Assembly (NCBI RefSeq): GCF_041146345.1
Contig: NW_027191409.1
Coordinates: 992,001 to 1,056,000, forward strand
Reading direction: 5' to 3'
From: Neodothiora populina
Taxonomy: Eukaryota
DNA: 64,000 nucleotides
Part shown: positions 12,881 through 25,678 of the stretch, piece by piece
Numbering within the stretch: the first letter of the stretch is position 1
How the letters are laid out: each line of letters begins with the position of its first letter
Made by a program: the position numbers and the translations under genes
Notes under the pieces: generated by a model
What the model saw: the letters and a program-made list of their open reading frames with translations, nothing else
Databases searched by the model: none
Told to the model about the DNA's origin: nothing

Positions 12881-13937
12881 GGCGACGTTCTTTTCCTCTG
12901 GCTCGGCAGGTTGGAGGGTGGGAAGAGTAGTCGGTGGTGAGTAGGGAAGGTCGTCTGGTATACTCGACTGTCTCTCGGTGGAAAAGGGAGTGTTCAGTTC
13001 AAGTTGAAGTCTCTGGTCAAGATGTCTCGAAATGAGACTGAGTCTGTTTTGGGGCGCCAGCTTGAATGATGCAGCGATGTGGCGGGCAAACACCGACGAT
13101 CTGACCTTGAGCGGGGAAGTCTTGACTCTGACTACGGGTTGGACGATATCGGAAGACCGGAGGCGTTCTCCTGTATACACTGATACTGAGGATTTTTACT
13201 CAATAGTAACACCAATGACTGTCACAAGACAAGGAAGAGATCTGCGCTATCAGAAAGTGACTGCGGTGAATCTGATGATCAATTGATGGGGTGGGCTTGG
13301 GTGAATGAGTGGTTTGCCGGGATACAATTGCAGTTTGCGATGTTAGTCGATTCTTCAACTGTCTCCAAAAAAGGTCCCGCAATTTTTAGTGTCCGACGAT
13401 GCTGTGGAGAATCCAGCGTAGTGCACGCGTTTTGTGTGCCACTCTTTAAGTCCGACATTTGACTTTGGTTGGCAGCTCTGTCTGGGTGCAGTACGGAGTA
13501 CAGTATGCGTCTTCCGAAGCGTATATCGCGATACGATGTTGGTATTGATGGTCAGTAAAGACTGTAGGGCTAAAGTGTTTATTCCTCAGTGCCACACCCG
13601 TGTATAATCAGATTGGGCATCGGTATGACAAGCGTGTTCTTGTGTCGGACGAGTTCATAAGGTAAGGTACCTAGGTATGAGCCACTAACGGAGTTAGCAT
13701 CTGAGAGAGTGTTAGCAACAAGAGTGACTGAAGCATGCCCAGGTGGCTGCCTGAGGACTCTGACCCGCGCCTTCCTCACCGTCGCTCTCCAGCGCTCCTA
13801 CCTCAACTCACCCTAATAAGATACAAGTACCCTTTGCGCACGGGCCTCTCCGTCATCAGACGTCGCCAAACAAACTCGCGATTCCACGTCCTTGTCGAAA
13901 GAGTAGTGGGGAGCAGTGCAGAGAGCCATAACAAACA

Positions 13938-14852
13938 ATGACTTCAAGATTAGTGCTGGTCCTGGGAGACCTCTTCATCCCAGACAGAGCCATAGTGAGT
14001 GGTAGCGACTGCTCAATCCCCGTCCTTGACAGGATCCAGTTAGACTGACTCCAATTGACAGGACATACCAGCAAAGGTACAGCTCCTTCCAGCATGACAG
14101 ACGAATGCGCCGCATATAGACAGCCGAGGGAACACAATACTAAAGATATATACATCATGAACAGTTCAAGAAACTCCTCACCCCCGGCAAAATCGGCCAG
14201 ATCCTCTGTCTAGGCAACCTCACATCACCGAGCGTCTACAGCTTCCTGCGCACGCTTGCGCCCGACCTACAAATCGTCAAGGGCGACTATGACATTTCCC
14301 TATCAAGTTCCCTGCCCGCCGTCAATCCCAATGTGCCATACGCCGCCCCCACCGATGCTCCTCCCCAACCCACCGCTCTGTCCAAGGTAGTCACTCATGG
14401 CGGATTACGGATTGGATTCACACACGGCCACACCATCGTGCCACCGGGAGACCCAGACAGCCTGTTAATAGCTGCCAGACAGATGGACGTCGACGTGTTA
14501 TGCTGGGGCGGTACTTGCAAGTTCGAAGCATACGAGATGGAGGGCAAGTTCTTCATCAACCCGGGAAGTGCCACTGGCGCTGTGAGCTGGAATCACGATG
14601 TTGAGCTTGATTCCGAGGGCGAAATGGTGTCGTCGCCAAGTTTCGTCTTGATGGATGTGAGTATCATTGTCGAATATCATTTGGCTCAACTGCTTGTCCA
14701 TTGCATAACACATCTCCCCAATACTGACACGAATCGAAAAACAGGTCCAGGGCGATGTACTCGTACTTTATGTGTACCAGCTACGAAAGGATGCAAACGG
14801 TGTGGAGAATGTCGGAGTCGAGAAGGTCTCATTCCGTAAGCCTTCATCATAG
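13938..14852 (+). CDS. VPS29: Retromer subunit Vps29
   Basis: Spliced product [42 protein letters not shown]...GFTHGH...FFINPGSATGA...SFVLMD-VQGDVLVLYVYQL...VEKVSFRK. Includes a 15-nt exon at 14062-14076. Confidence 0.95.
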
Positions 14853-17800
14853 TCAACTTCCTTGGCCTGGCATAGATACACATACAAATACCCTCACATG
14901 TTCGGTGTCATGTGCACTGCTTCAGCCAAAACTTATAGCTCCGATCTCATCTTTGCACCAAGACACGTACTCGAAATCGGGGGAAATGTCACGATGATCA
15001 CCCATGCAATCTTAGTCAGAAATCATCAATCGCATCGAGATGGCTTGCAATGTCTTTCAATGTCAAATGCTTTCGCAACAGGGCAGTTTTCGACGACTGC
15101 TACACCTCGAAGTCGGGCAGAAGTAGAAGGTAGCGGCAGTGGTAGCACGTGTCCAATCATTGTGTCGTACCAGACATTAGAACTCTAGTATGAAGCGCAG
15201 GAGTGTCCCATAAGTACCCCAGACCTCCCCTGAGAATGGCTCTCAGCGTTGGTCCGTACGGTTGGCCAGAACGGTCTGGTTGTGTCAGTGATGCAAGTCA
15301 CACTTGATGGCCTTGAGTCAGTAGCACAAGGTACACGAAGGCAGCAAAGGCTCAAAGGTCCGAGAGTCCTAGTGACCGGGCAAAGTGCTGCTCTATGACA
15401 CTAGAGTGAGTTGTTGCGGCTCGGGTATAGTCGTATAGTGAGCACTACCTAACCTTGGCCTTCCCCTAGAATTATGGTTACCTGGGAGGCTAAACATAAG
15501 TTACACGAGTTCTCCTGCGGTACAAGTCGCATGCGGGAAGTTGTTAGCATTCGCTGCATCCAGCAAGTCTGCAAGTCCTTCCTAATTGACGGTTCAATAG
15601 CCGTGCACGGAGGGTACCATTGATGAAAAAGGCAAGAGCCTTCGCTGAATCCGGTCTTGATAATATACGTGCATCAAGACGTCGTGCAGTGTGCATATCT
15701 CTCCTGTTGTTGGCCTATCATTTGTTACCCGAAAGGACGGCGTTCACTGCATAAATATATTGCGCGGGCCAATTATTATCGGGCTGGTCGAGTCGGACGT
15801 GGTAGCGTGCATGAATTTGAGCGCCTGGTAAGCCCAGCGCAGATGGAACTGAATGCGTGTTAACCAACCTGCATACTCGTCTACAAGCAGCCGTGCAGTG
15901 GCTAGCCGTGATCCTAAGGTCGCATGTCGAGAATCGCAACGATGTCCTCACTTACATCGCCCCTAAATTTAGTGAGTCTCGGCTAGGGGTCCTGAACTCT
16001 CACGGCGCCCTCGGTTCGCGTCGACATGGTCTCCATGACAGATTTCTGGTTCTCGGTCGCTCGTATGATAATGTGGTTTGCTTCAGTCAATTATTGCCTA
16101 GGGAACATCGTATCCACAGGTGGTCTCTTCATGCCCCTTTCTTCAAAGTGGGATAAGATCGACCGGCTGCAGGTGAGTTTCTTTTCCCTCCTGCATGCAT
16201 ACGCGCTTGCATGATGCAGGACGAAGGACACAACTCGAGCCGGTAGTTGTACCTAAGGTAGAAAGCCGACGACAGTACGGTCCGTGCCGTTGATCACCAG
16301 AAAGACATTCTACAATTTGTGGCATCCGAGCATGCACTGATTAGTGAGTTTAGTCACTGACTGTGTCGCTCTGTGGTGCAATTGCGGGATCAAATCTCCA
16401 CGGTCGAGACTACAAGTAATAACCGGCATGTGTAGCTTCGCGGCTGGCGGAAGCGATCACGCCCACCTCCACGACATAAAAGTCAGATTGCGACGACCTA
16501 TACTAAGGTGTGAATTGGCTTCACTTGCTTGCAGAAGAGTTCGTAAAACGCAAGTGTGGAAACTGTAAATGGTCGTCACCCACTGAAGAGCTAATGTAGC
16601 CACGTTGGACGGGGAAGATAGGAAGCTGCTCGTCGCCTGTTCTTGGGTCAGGTACTTGGGACGTATTGTGCACCAACGTCACGCCGTAGCCACTTTTCTT
16701 CCCGACCACGATCCTCTATCGTGTACCTGTATTGTGAATTGTATTTGAAATGTCAACTTGATCCGCCGCGCTTCGCTTGTCTCCGAGCGGGATCGCGTAA
16801 TCGCAAGGGTTTTAGCCTCGGCTCTGCTTGCTGGCAGGAAACTCGGCAGAATGTGGGTTTCTAAGGTAAACTCTTGCCATGGCAGCGCTAAACATCTAAT
16901 GGTCTGCTCATTGTCAGCGCGTGAAAGAAGGGGGCATGAACAAATCGGATGAGAAGCAAGCTACGTAACGTAAAAGTCGAATTAGGTCGCATGTACACTT
17001 CGACGTCTGGATACCTAGCATTGAGCAGAACTTTGGCAAACTTGCGTCGCAAGGCTGGAATCGGACCTGCCTTACTCAAGCTGGGAAGTGCACTTGTGAA
17101 CGATGTGTACTGCAGATCGACAGTTTCCACACGCACGGGACGAGTATAGTCGGTACGGCTGTCGAGCTAACGACATTGATCTTCGCGCATCGATACGTCT
17201 CCACCTCTGAGATCTTGCCTCTTCGCTACCCGTTGCTGGCCAACGCCTTCGAGCCTTCGAGCCTCCAACCTCATGGCGATACGCCATGTGGTTCCTCTGT
17301 CCAATGACAGCCATGAACTTACTAGCTTTTGGCAGCTGTGCAGTAGACTCTTGCTTTTCCAAGACTCAAAGTGTACATGCATGTCCAGGGTCTCCTTGTG
17401 GTTCAAGCCTTTTCTCTTTAGCTCAGAGAGACACTCAGCTGGGGAGTGCACAACTATGCCTCATTTGTATCAAGGAACTATGTAATCATGCACTGAACTC
17501 CGGAGGCAGTGCTGAATGATTCCTGTCAGTGGCTTATATGGTGTTCCCCACAGCTGCAACTCGGCCGTTGGAAACGACTACCTTAGTGTATAGTTGAGCT
17601 GGTCCCGCGTGGTACGTTATGCGTGAGGCGTACCTTCCCTGTACGGTACCGCGAAGGAATACCTCTCGGCTCAAGGCGAGGAAAGCTCTCTGTAGATGGG
17701 TCCCAGCAAACGATTAGTTACTTTACTGGTTCCTTCGGACTACAAGCAGGTTCTTCGACGGTTGCGTTACTCATAATAGGAGTCCTTCGCCAGCCAGTTC

Positions 17801-18061
17801 CGCTCCCTGCTCTAACCTTGAGTCTCCGATATCACAACCAAATATTCGCTTTGCACGCGTACTTCGGTCGTCAACCACGCCTCTAAAATTGGGACAGTAC
17901 CGGTGACTTCTGAACACACGCAATCTCGCCACCTCGCCATCAAAGTCCCTGCTCTTGCTGAGGGCACTCTTTCTTCTTGTACTGGATAGCCTCGATTGGA
18001 CTCATCATTTGTCTTACATCAAGTAGTTCTCATATCGTGTTAAGTCCTACTGCTGGTCACT

Positions 18062-19532
18062 ATGCCGTACCCTATCAATTACAGACGTCCGCCACACGTC
18101 CACGACGAATCGATCCGGAACTCTATCAGCGGAGCTGCGAAGCAAGACTCTATCCAGGAGTCTGTCGAGTCCGGTAATTCTGGGATGTCCAATGGCATTC
18201 CAGAAGCCTTGTCGTTCGATCGTATCATCGCTGGAGGCGTTTGTCCAGTGAGTCAGATAAATGGTCATTTACTAGAGAATGTTGCTGACACTTTGCATTA
18301 CAGCCATGTACTATCCGTGATTTCATGAATTACATGAAGTATATCGAACACGATGCAGAGAATTTGCAGTTTTTTCTTTGGTATCGTGACTATTGCCAGA
18401 GATTCGAACGTCTACCTGCCTCAGAGCAGGTGCTATCTCCAGCATGGACCTCGAGTCAAGCTGATGCCGATGCCCAGGCTGTACAGGCTACTCGTAGCAA
18501 GAAGGTCGACCCTTTGATTGCGTCAGTTCTCAGAGACACAGAGTTCGGCGATGGCATCGCTCAGCCTGTCAACCACGAGAAACGAGATCCTTTCCATGAC
18601 CAGTCTACCACACCTTCCTCAGAGGAGAGACGCGACGTGATGTCCTCTGACTTCGGTTCGTTTTTTGATGATGAGAAGACGATCGCTAGCAGCGGAGCTT
18701 TTAGCAGAAAGGCTGACGAAGCCTTCGACGAGGCAGGCATGAAGTGGAAACCATGTATGTGTCGTTTGTTCCCGCCTGTTCTGATATATCGTGCTAACGA
18801 AGTTCAGTCACCACCCAACCTTTCCGGCAAGAGCTTACTCGCATTATCACCATATACATTGCTGTGGACAGCTCTCGTCAGTTGAATCTTTCCGATCGAG
18901 AACGCACTGCTGTCCTGCATGCTCTGCAAAACACCACGCATCCTTCCGCGCTGCGCGCAGCAGCCAATAGCGTTGAGTTCACTCTGAGGCGCCAGGCACA
19001 TCCCAACTTCATCCGCTGGACCATCTGCAACGGCAATGGCCCTCGTGTGATCTTTGCACGTGGTCTCGGTGTTGCTGGTATACTCGCTGGCCTTTTGGCT
19101 GACCTTCTCATTACTCTAAGCCATGCCGGACGTGCTTGGCGAGTTCTGCCAATCATCGGCTACTTCATCGGTGTATCCACGCTTATCGCTGCTTGGAAAG
19201 GCATGTGCGTCGTTCTTCATGGAATGCACCATCGTCATCTTCGGCCATGGGAGCTATTTGCAGACGAGCATGATCCTATCCATAGTGAGAACTCATCCTC
19301 GGAGAGCCTGACCAGTAACTCCACAAACAGTTACGAGGACGAGCCTTGGGTGGCAAAGTACCAGAAACGCAATGTGGTCCGCAAAGTATTTGACCGCGAG
19401 GTGTGGATCCAGGAGCCTGCTCTGCGCCAGATTCAAGACACGATATTTATACAATCGCTGCTCGGCGCTTTTGTTGTCTCGATTATCATCGTCGGCATTT
19501 TCTGCGCAGTGCCCCATGGCAACCTATACTAA
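18062..19532 (+). CDS. Fungal RGS-like domain membrane protein
   Basis: Exons 18062-18247, 18304-18754, 18808-19532. RGS-type segments (FMNYMKYIEHDAENLQFFLWY; YIAVDSSRQLNLS...HPNFIRW) followed by three hydrophobic helices. Confidence 0.8.
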
Positions 19533-20379
19533 GAGGGCGAATTGACGACTGAATGAGGCATATATGTTGTATGAAAAGTTCTATGATGTGAAATGTAGAG
19601 AGCGTTCGGGCAGGAGTTATGGGTGAGAAAGCTGACACGATCTCGGACATGATCTGGTTTATTCGTTTCAATCGCTCATACATGTGGGCTGGTGGTTTTA
19701 TCTTTTGATCGGTATGTCATGGAGAGACTATCCCTTGTGCAATTCTCTTATAGAAGAATTGCTTTTTACTTCAACATAGTCTGATGGCTCTTTTTCGTAC
19801 TCAATTGGCTCAATACCTACCTACCTCCCTTAGCTCAGCATGAGCTGCACGGCGTGGTCTCCTTGTCTGGTTGCCTGCGTCTCAAGACCTGTTAATAGCT
19901 AGCTACAATATTTGACCTGCTTTCTAGAGCCTCATACTTATCGTTGCATGGGACCAATGGCTATCGCATTTACGACGATCTACGACCATTATGAGGGCAA
20001 ATGGGCACCCATGCTGATTTCACAAGCGACAACATAGCCGTAGGGAGTGTTACTCACATCGGTCGTTGCTACAAATACGTTATGTTTTATGTTGTTCGAT
20101 GGTCCTTAGATGGCTCCAACATGCGCTGCCAAGATATATGGCTTCGAGCGAACATCAATAAACCGGAACTACCTTACTTTCTGTGACAGCGGACTTTGAT
20201 TTAAAATATCTCGGTTGATGAGAGCTATCAACACTCGATCGATTCTGTCATCATTCAGGACGCTCTCTGCCAATGATATTTGAGAGTTCGTGGAGGTTTC
20301 TCATCGTCGGCATAATAATACCTCGCTCTGGCGCCACACAACCAAGCCGCAGGCTTCACACCTCAGTCACACAGCTGCA

Positions 20380-22275
20380 ATGGCTGCACCCTTAATTAGT
20401 CCTGCAGCGGTCGACCCGCATAGTACTTTTGACCCACAAGTACCAGGTCAACATTTACTCTTCCCGGACCTTCCAGGGGATAGATGGCGACCAATGCTAC
20501 AGAGCCAATGCACATTTGAGCCGGACATGTTCCTACAGGTCTTGCAGAATCTGATCAAAAATCCCAATATCATGTCGACTCACCTGTTCCGTGCGGATAT
20601 ATTGTACGACAGTCAGAAGGACCAGACGATCATTAGTGAGCCTGGCGAACAGCAATTCAGCGAGTACACGAAACATCTAAAAAAGGATTGTCAGCCGGTG
20701 TATACCCCGGTATCTGGATTTCAGTGGCAACAGACATATGTCAGGCAGTTGGTACCGCGCAATCGTCAATTGGATAAGGATCTGTTGCAGACGTGTCATT
20801 TCTTCGTCAAGCGATCTGGTGTATCTACGTCTAATCTAATATTATATGTCCCGCATGTATCCGATTCTGCGGACATGCCCTGGTATCATCCTAAAGTCAA
20901 ACAAGTTGCGTTCTTGCATGAGTTCGAAAAGTCTAGCAACAGAGATACAAAGCATACGGGGACTGTGTCTGTTCACTTCTGCGAGTTTGATGATGTAGAG
21001 TTGGATCAGCGACTCGAAAGGACGGCACTGCAGTTGCTGTCTAAGATTCACAAGCATTCTAGAGGTCAACAAGCAGGCTATGTCAAGCGCGGTCGCCATG
21101 ATCTAATCGTGACTCAGCAGAAGTTTCAAGAAACTTATGCACGGCTCAAGGCCAAGTATGCGAAAACGCTCATTGAAGGTTGGGTAGAAGAGACGGACCC
21201 TTCCAAGCATATTTTCGAGGATCTCGGAATCGCAGCGTTCTTGATTGAGCTTTGGTCAGAGATGTATGACTGTAGCAGCGCATCAGGCAGTCTCGATGGA
21301 GACCAAGCAGCTGACGATCAAGCCCAGGAAAGAAGAAAATTTCCTGGCTTTGTAGATATTGGCTGCGGCAACGGTCTTCTGGTAAATCTGCTTGTTCTCG
21401 AAGGCTATCCAGGCTGGGGGTTTGATGCGCGGAGGAGAAAGACATGGGAGACCTTTGCCCCTGAGATCCGCGAGAGCATCAAGGAGATGGTCCTCGTACC
21501 GGAGGTTCTTCACATACATTATGAAAACACGAACGGCGGAGAAGCAGTGAACATCAGTGCCGATGCGCTCGAACATCGTGCTTTTCATAATGGTGTGTTC
21601 TGGGAAAACGACGGCTCTGATCCACCCTTCATAATATCCAATCACGCAGACGAGCTGACTCCATGGACACCTCTCATCAGCTATCTCAATGGGTCATCCT
21701 TCATAGCCATACCTTGTTGTTCGCACAATCTTGCGGGTGCGAGGTTTCGCGCTCCGGTGGCAAAACAAGTGAAGGAGAGTTCTCAATCTGCGCCCGCTGA
21801 AGATGGAGCAGCTACAACGACTCGACAAGACATTGGTCTACGCGATAGCCAGGCAGCTGAAACAGGATCGCTCAAAAAATCTGCGGCGGGGAAAAAGATG
21901 CCATCTGCGTATGCTTCGCTTTGTGATTATGTCACCAAGCTAGCGAATGAAGTCGGATTCACAGTAGAAAAGGAGATGCTCAGGATACCATCGACGAGAA
22001 ACGCCTGTCTCCTGGGTAGGTTTCCCACTCACGGGTCTTCGGGTACTCAAAATGTGCTGTCTACATCTGCAAACAATCCAATCGATCTTGCTGATATACA
22101 AGAGAAATTATCTGCATCCAAACCGACAGACCCTGCGTCAAGCGATATGCAAATCAAGCAAACCCATGTTCAAGACATATTGACAAGAGAACTTGACACA
22201 CCACTAGCAAACATCTGCGATGACTGGATTTCGAGAGCGAAACAGATAGCAGGCAAAGTAGGCGATGGCCATTGA
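20380..22275 (+). CDS. TRM44: tRNA (uracil-O(2'))-methyltransferase Trm44
   Basis: First ATG in the ORF is 20380. Motifs: WVEETDPSKHIFEDLGIAAFLIELW, the SAM-binding FVDIGCGNGLLV, GWGFDARRRKTW, FIISNHADELTPW, IPCCSH and LRIPSTRN. Confidence 0.92.
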   Translation: MAAPLISPAAVDPHSTFDPQVPGQHLLFPDLPGDRWRPMLQSQCTFEPDMFLQVLQNLIKNPNIMSTHLFRADILYDSQKDQTIISEPGEQQFSEYTKHLKKDCQPVYTPVSGFQWQQTYVRQLVPRNRQLDKDLLQTCHFFVKRSGVSTSNLILYVPHVSDSADMPWYHPKVKQVAFLHEFEKSSNRDTKHTGTVSVHFCEFDDVELDQRLERTALQLLSKIHKHSRGQQAGYVKRGRHDLIVTQQKFQETYARLKAKYAKTLIEGWVEETDPSKHIFEDLGIAAFLIELWSEMYDCSSASGSLDGDQAADDQAQERRKFPGFVDIGCGNGLLVNLLVLEGYPGWGFDARRRKTWETFAPEIRESIKEMVLVPEVLHIHYENTNGGEAVNISADALEHRAFHNGVFWENDGSDPPFIISNHADELTPWTPLISYLNGSSFIAIPCCSHNLAGARFRAPVAKQVKESSQSAPAEDGAATTTRQDIGLRDSQAAETGSLKKSAAGKKMPSAYASLCDYVTKLANEVGFTVEKEMLRIPSTRNACLLGRFPTHGSSGTQNVLSTSANNPIDLADIQEKLSASKPTDPASSDMQIKQTHVQDILTRELDTPLANICDDWISRAKQIAGKVGDGH

Positions 22276-22811
22276 CAGATTCTCCGTACAATACTGCCTG
22301 ATTCGTAATACTGCGAAATGTCTCCTTACTTGGATCAGTCTCGACTCTTTCGCGAAGGTGGGGCCTTGGTTCAGGATCTATAAGCAGATCGGTGCGTTGT
22401 AAGGGTCTAATCTCGTTCGGGCCCTAGCGCGCGTGGAGATTATAAACATTGGCGCAAATCTCGCAGTATACCAAGCCATCCACTAAAAAATGCCGTTGAC
22501 CATGTCAGCCATAATTCACCATAATAGAATGATTTTAACAGGAACAAAAATTGAGGCTCTGGCTGATAAATGAATACATTCAGAGATTTCCAATATGGAC
22601 CCCTATGTGCAGAAGCAAGATGTGGGGCTCTCTATACATATATCAGCCACTTTATCTTTATGTAGTATTTCGGCTCTCCACCATCGACTCTAAATAGTTA
22701 TCAAACAATCGGAAGGGTTTCATCGCAGACATCTCCAACAACTATTTGAATCGATTTCCTCCATACTTTTTTCCTTTCCTCTGCTAGACCACAGATCCTG
22801 ATATCGCAAAA

Positions 22812-24132
22812 ATGAGCGGACAATCTGGACAAAAGAACATCGTGATCCTCGGTGCTTCTTACGGCGGCCTCAGTGCAGCACATTATTTCCTCAAGGTAAG
22901 AATTTATAATGATGATATATCAACGGCCGCAACTAATTGCAGGAATTCAGCACGTTCTCCCTCGTCTGCCCTCAAATGAGAAATACCATGTCTACCTTGT
23001 GAACCCTTCGACTCACTTCTATCATCGCGTTGCCTCGCCTCGCTCGGTCGCTTCCTTCGAGTTGATGCCAGTTGCCAAGACCTTCCTCGAGATCAAGCCT
23101 GGTTTCAAGCAGTACAAGTCAGACGTTTTCACCTTTGTGCAAGGCAAAGCTGTTACCACTGATACAGCTGGACGCACCGTGACCATCAAGCACACCGGAG
23201 CCGCCGATGGCACCGTTGAGACTCTGTCTTACCATGCTCTCATCCTTGCCACGGGTACCAAGACTTTCGACCCAACCTTGTCCCTCCAAGGAGGTCTTCA
23301 CGAGGACATCCTGAAGGCTCTTGCATATATGCACAAGAAGCTCAAGACCGCCAAGACCATCGTAGTTGCTGGCGGTGGCCCTGCCGGAGTTGAGGTCGCT
23401 GGTGAAGTCGGCGAGTACTTGAACGGTGCTGCTGGTTGGTTCCAGAAGCGACCTGCCAACCCCAAGGCCAAGATCACTCTTTACAGCGGCTCCAAGAAGC
23501 TCCTACCTATCCTGCGACCGGCTTTGGCACAGCAAGCAGAGGTGTACCTTGCGCGAGTTGGTGTTGATGTTGTGCACAACATCAAGATGGACCGTGTCGT
23601 GGAGTCAGCCAGTGGCAAGACCAAGGTCATCTTCAGCAACGGCGACGAAGTGGAATGCGATGTGTTCATCCCCTGCATGGGCGTCACTCCCATGACCGAA
23701 TACTTGCCCAAGCAGCTTTTGACCGAGACTGGTTACATCAACACCAACAAGGAGACCTTGAGAGTTGATGCAGCGGGCCCTCGCGTTTACGCTGTGGGCG
23801 ATGCCGCGTCGTACACCCGCGGTGGTATCATGGACATGTTTGAAGCCATCCCTGTGGTGATGACCAACCTGCAACGAGACCTTCTTGCTGCATCCAAGGA
23901 TCCCAATGCCAAGCCTTCGGGACCTGACAGGAAATTCACGCCAATCACCGCTGAGACCCAGTTGGTTCCCGTTGGACAGTCAAAGGGAGTGGGTGCATTC
24001 AATGGCAACAAGCTACCAAACTTGATGGTCTACATGATCAAGGGCAAGGATTATATGAGCAGCTCCGCCACAGATATCCTCTCAGGAAACAAGTGGAAGA
24101 AGGAGAACGGATGGAAGCCAACTGACGGTTGA
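22812..24132 (+). CDS. AIF/AMID-like FAD-dependent pyridine nucleotide-disulfide oxidoreductase
   Basis: Exons 22812-22895 (NIVILGASYGGLSAAH, FAD Rossmann fold) and 22951-24132 (YHALILATG; NAD(P)H-binding IVVAGGGPAGVEVAGE; VYAVGD). Confidence 0.88.
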
Positions 24133-25678
24133 AAGGGCGACAGGGTGTAATTACGACATCGAGGTCCTTTTAGATGTTATTGGCGTTTCTGATGGAAAGA
24201 TACCATATGCTGGGCTTATTGTTTTATTTCTTATGTTTTATCTTACTTGCATTTCCGCTGATTAGTACAAGACCTGTTACTGTGCACCCGATCTAGAGCA
24301 CACGATAATTAATTCACCTTCATCATATATATGCACACATATACAGCGCGTAAACTGGTAGGCTCTTAGGTGACCCATTGTTCTGGAGCACAGAATGACA
24401 GTCTGTGCGACAGGCTGCACGCAGGACTAGTAGCCATACTGGTGAAGCGTCTGCATCATGATCGACGTTTGGCGACGTGTTGAGAGCATATTGGACTTTG
24501 AGCCGCATCTCTGGGGTATAGAAGCCGCCGCCAGAAACCCGCAACCCAGTTGACGTCTGACCGGGACGAGATACGGAGTGCACAAGTCTGTGCTGTGATT
24601 CGTGACCAAACACACGACACAGATCGCTGGCGTGCTTGCGCACTCCATCACCGCTATAGTCATGCATGTTGATGTCATTGCCTCACTACTGCCTCTCGGG
24701 CTGCCTTTGATTATTTTTCTTCTCACAGTCCACCGCCTATAGTGGGTCACCTGCCTATCAAATTGCTAACCTATATAATACTTAACAATGCCACGCCCAC
24801 GCCTCCGGAGCACGCGGGTTGACATGTTACACATATTCATATCTTCCTATACTTGCTCCGCGCTGGCTCGGGCACTAACATCTGGATTGTCTGAATCTCT
24901 TGCAGTAGGAGGAACACGGTGTGACTGGCGAACATCATATCCAGCAAGGCGCATCAGGAAAATCACGAGCTAGAATAGAATCTTAGCAGACTGCTGTGTT
25001 ATTCTGGCGTATCAACGCAGTTCGTGTAACTGCAAAGACACTCGCTATGGCTGGTAATTGCCTTTTGATCATATGTAGATGTGCTGGAATGAGAGACACA
25101 TGGCTGACACCTCCTAGGTCTTGCTCTGAAAGGGTAGGTTCCAAATCACGTTCTTTCCTATTGTGAAACATGTATCTCCTTCTCTGCCTCTCTCTAATCC
25201 ATTACACTGTTCCATGGCTCCTTAACTCTCTTCAATTTCACGTTTCTGTTGAGCGAGGAAAGAAGACAGACATACGCTATCAGACAGGCTCATTTGCATC
25301 CACTACTGTATACCCTGCATTTCAGACTCCAAAATCTCCTTTGTCTTCTAGCATTGCTTGCAGCTATGCCGCTCAAGGGTAATGACATACCGTGGCTTAC
25401 GGATACGACCTTAGAGGCGGCACTTACGGCGTAGGTTTGTGTGGTAGTGGTGGATCTTTATTGACTTAGCTATCGCAAACAGCCTGACCCCACCTGCCAT
25501 ATTTGACATTGCACTGTTACAGTCGACGACATCGCCGGCGACATCATGGTCGACATCATGTCGAGGTCGCCGTTTGCCCGCAGATTCACTTCCCCTGTCA
25601 CTGCACTCGCTTCTTTGTTCTTGAACACTTACATCCACCATCACTTGCCCATTCCACCTGCTCTTTCATCTCTCCACG

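Noticed and set aside
20290..20379. GTG-initiated 30-codon extension of TRM44
   Set aside because: It is short, has a poor start context and carries no recognisable targeting motif.
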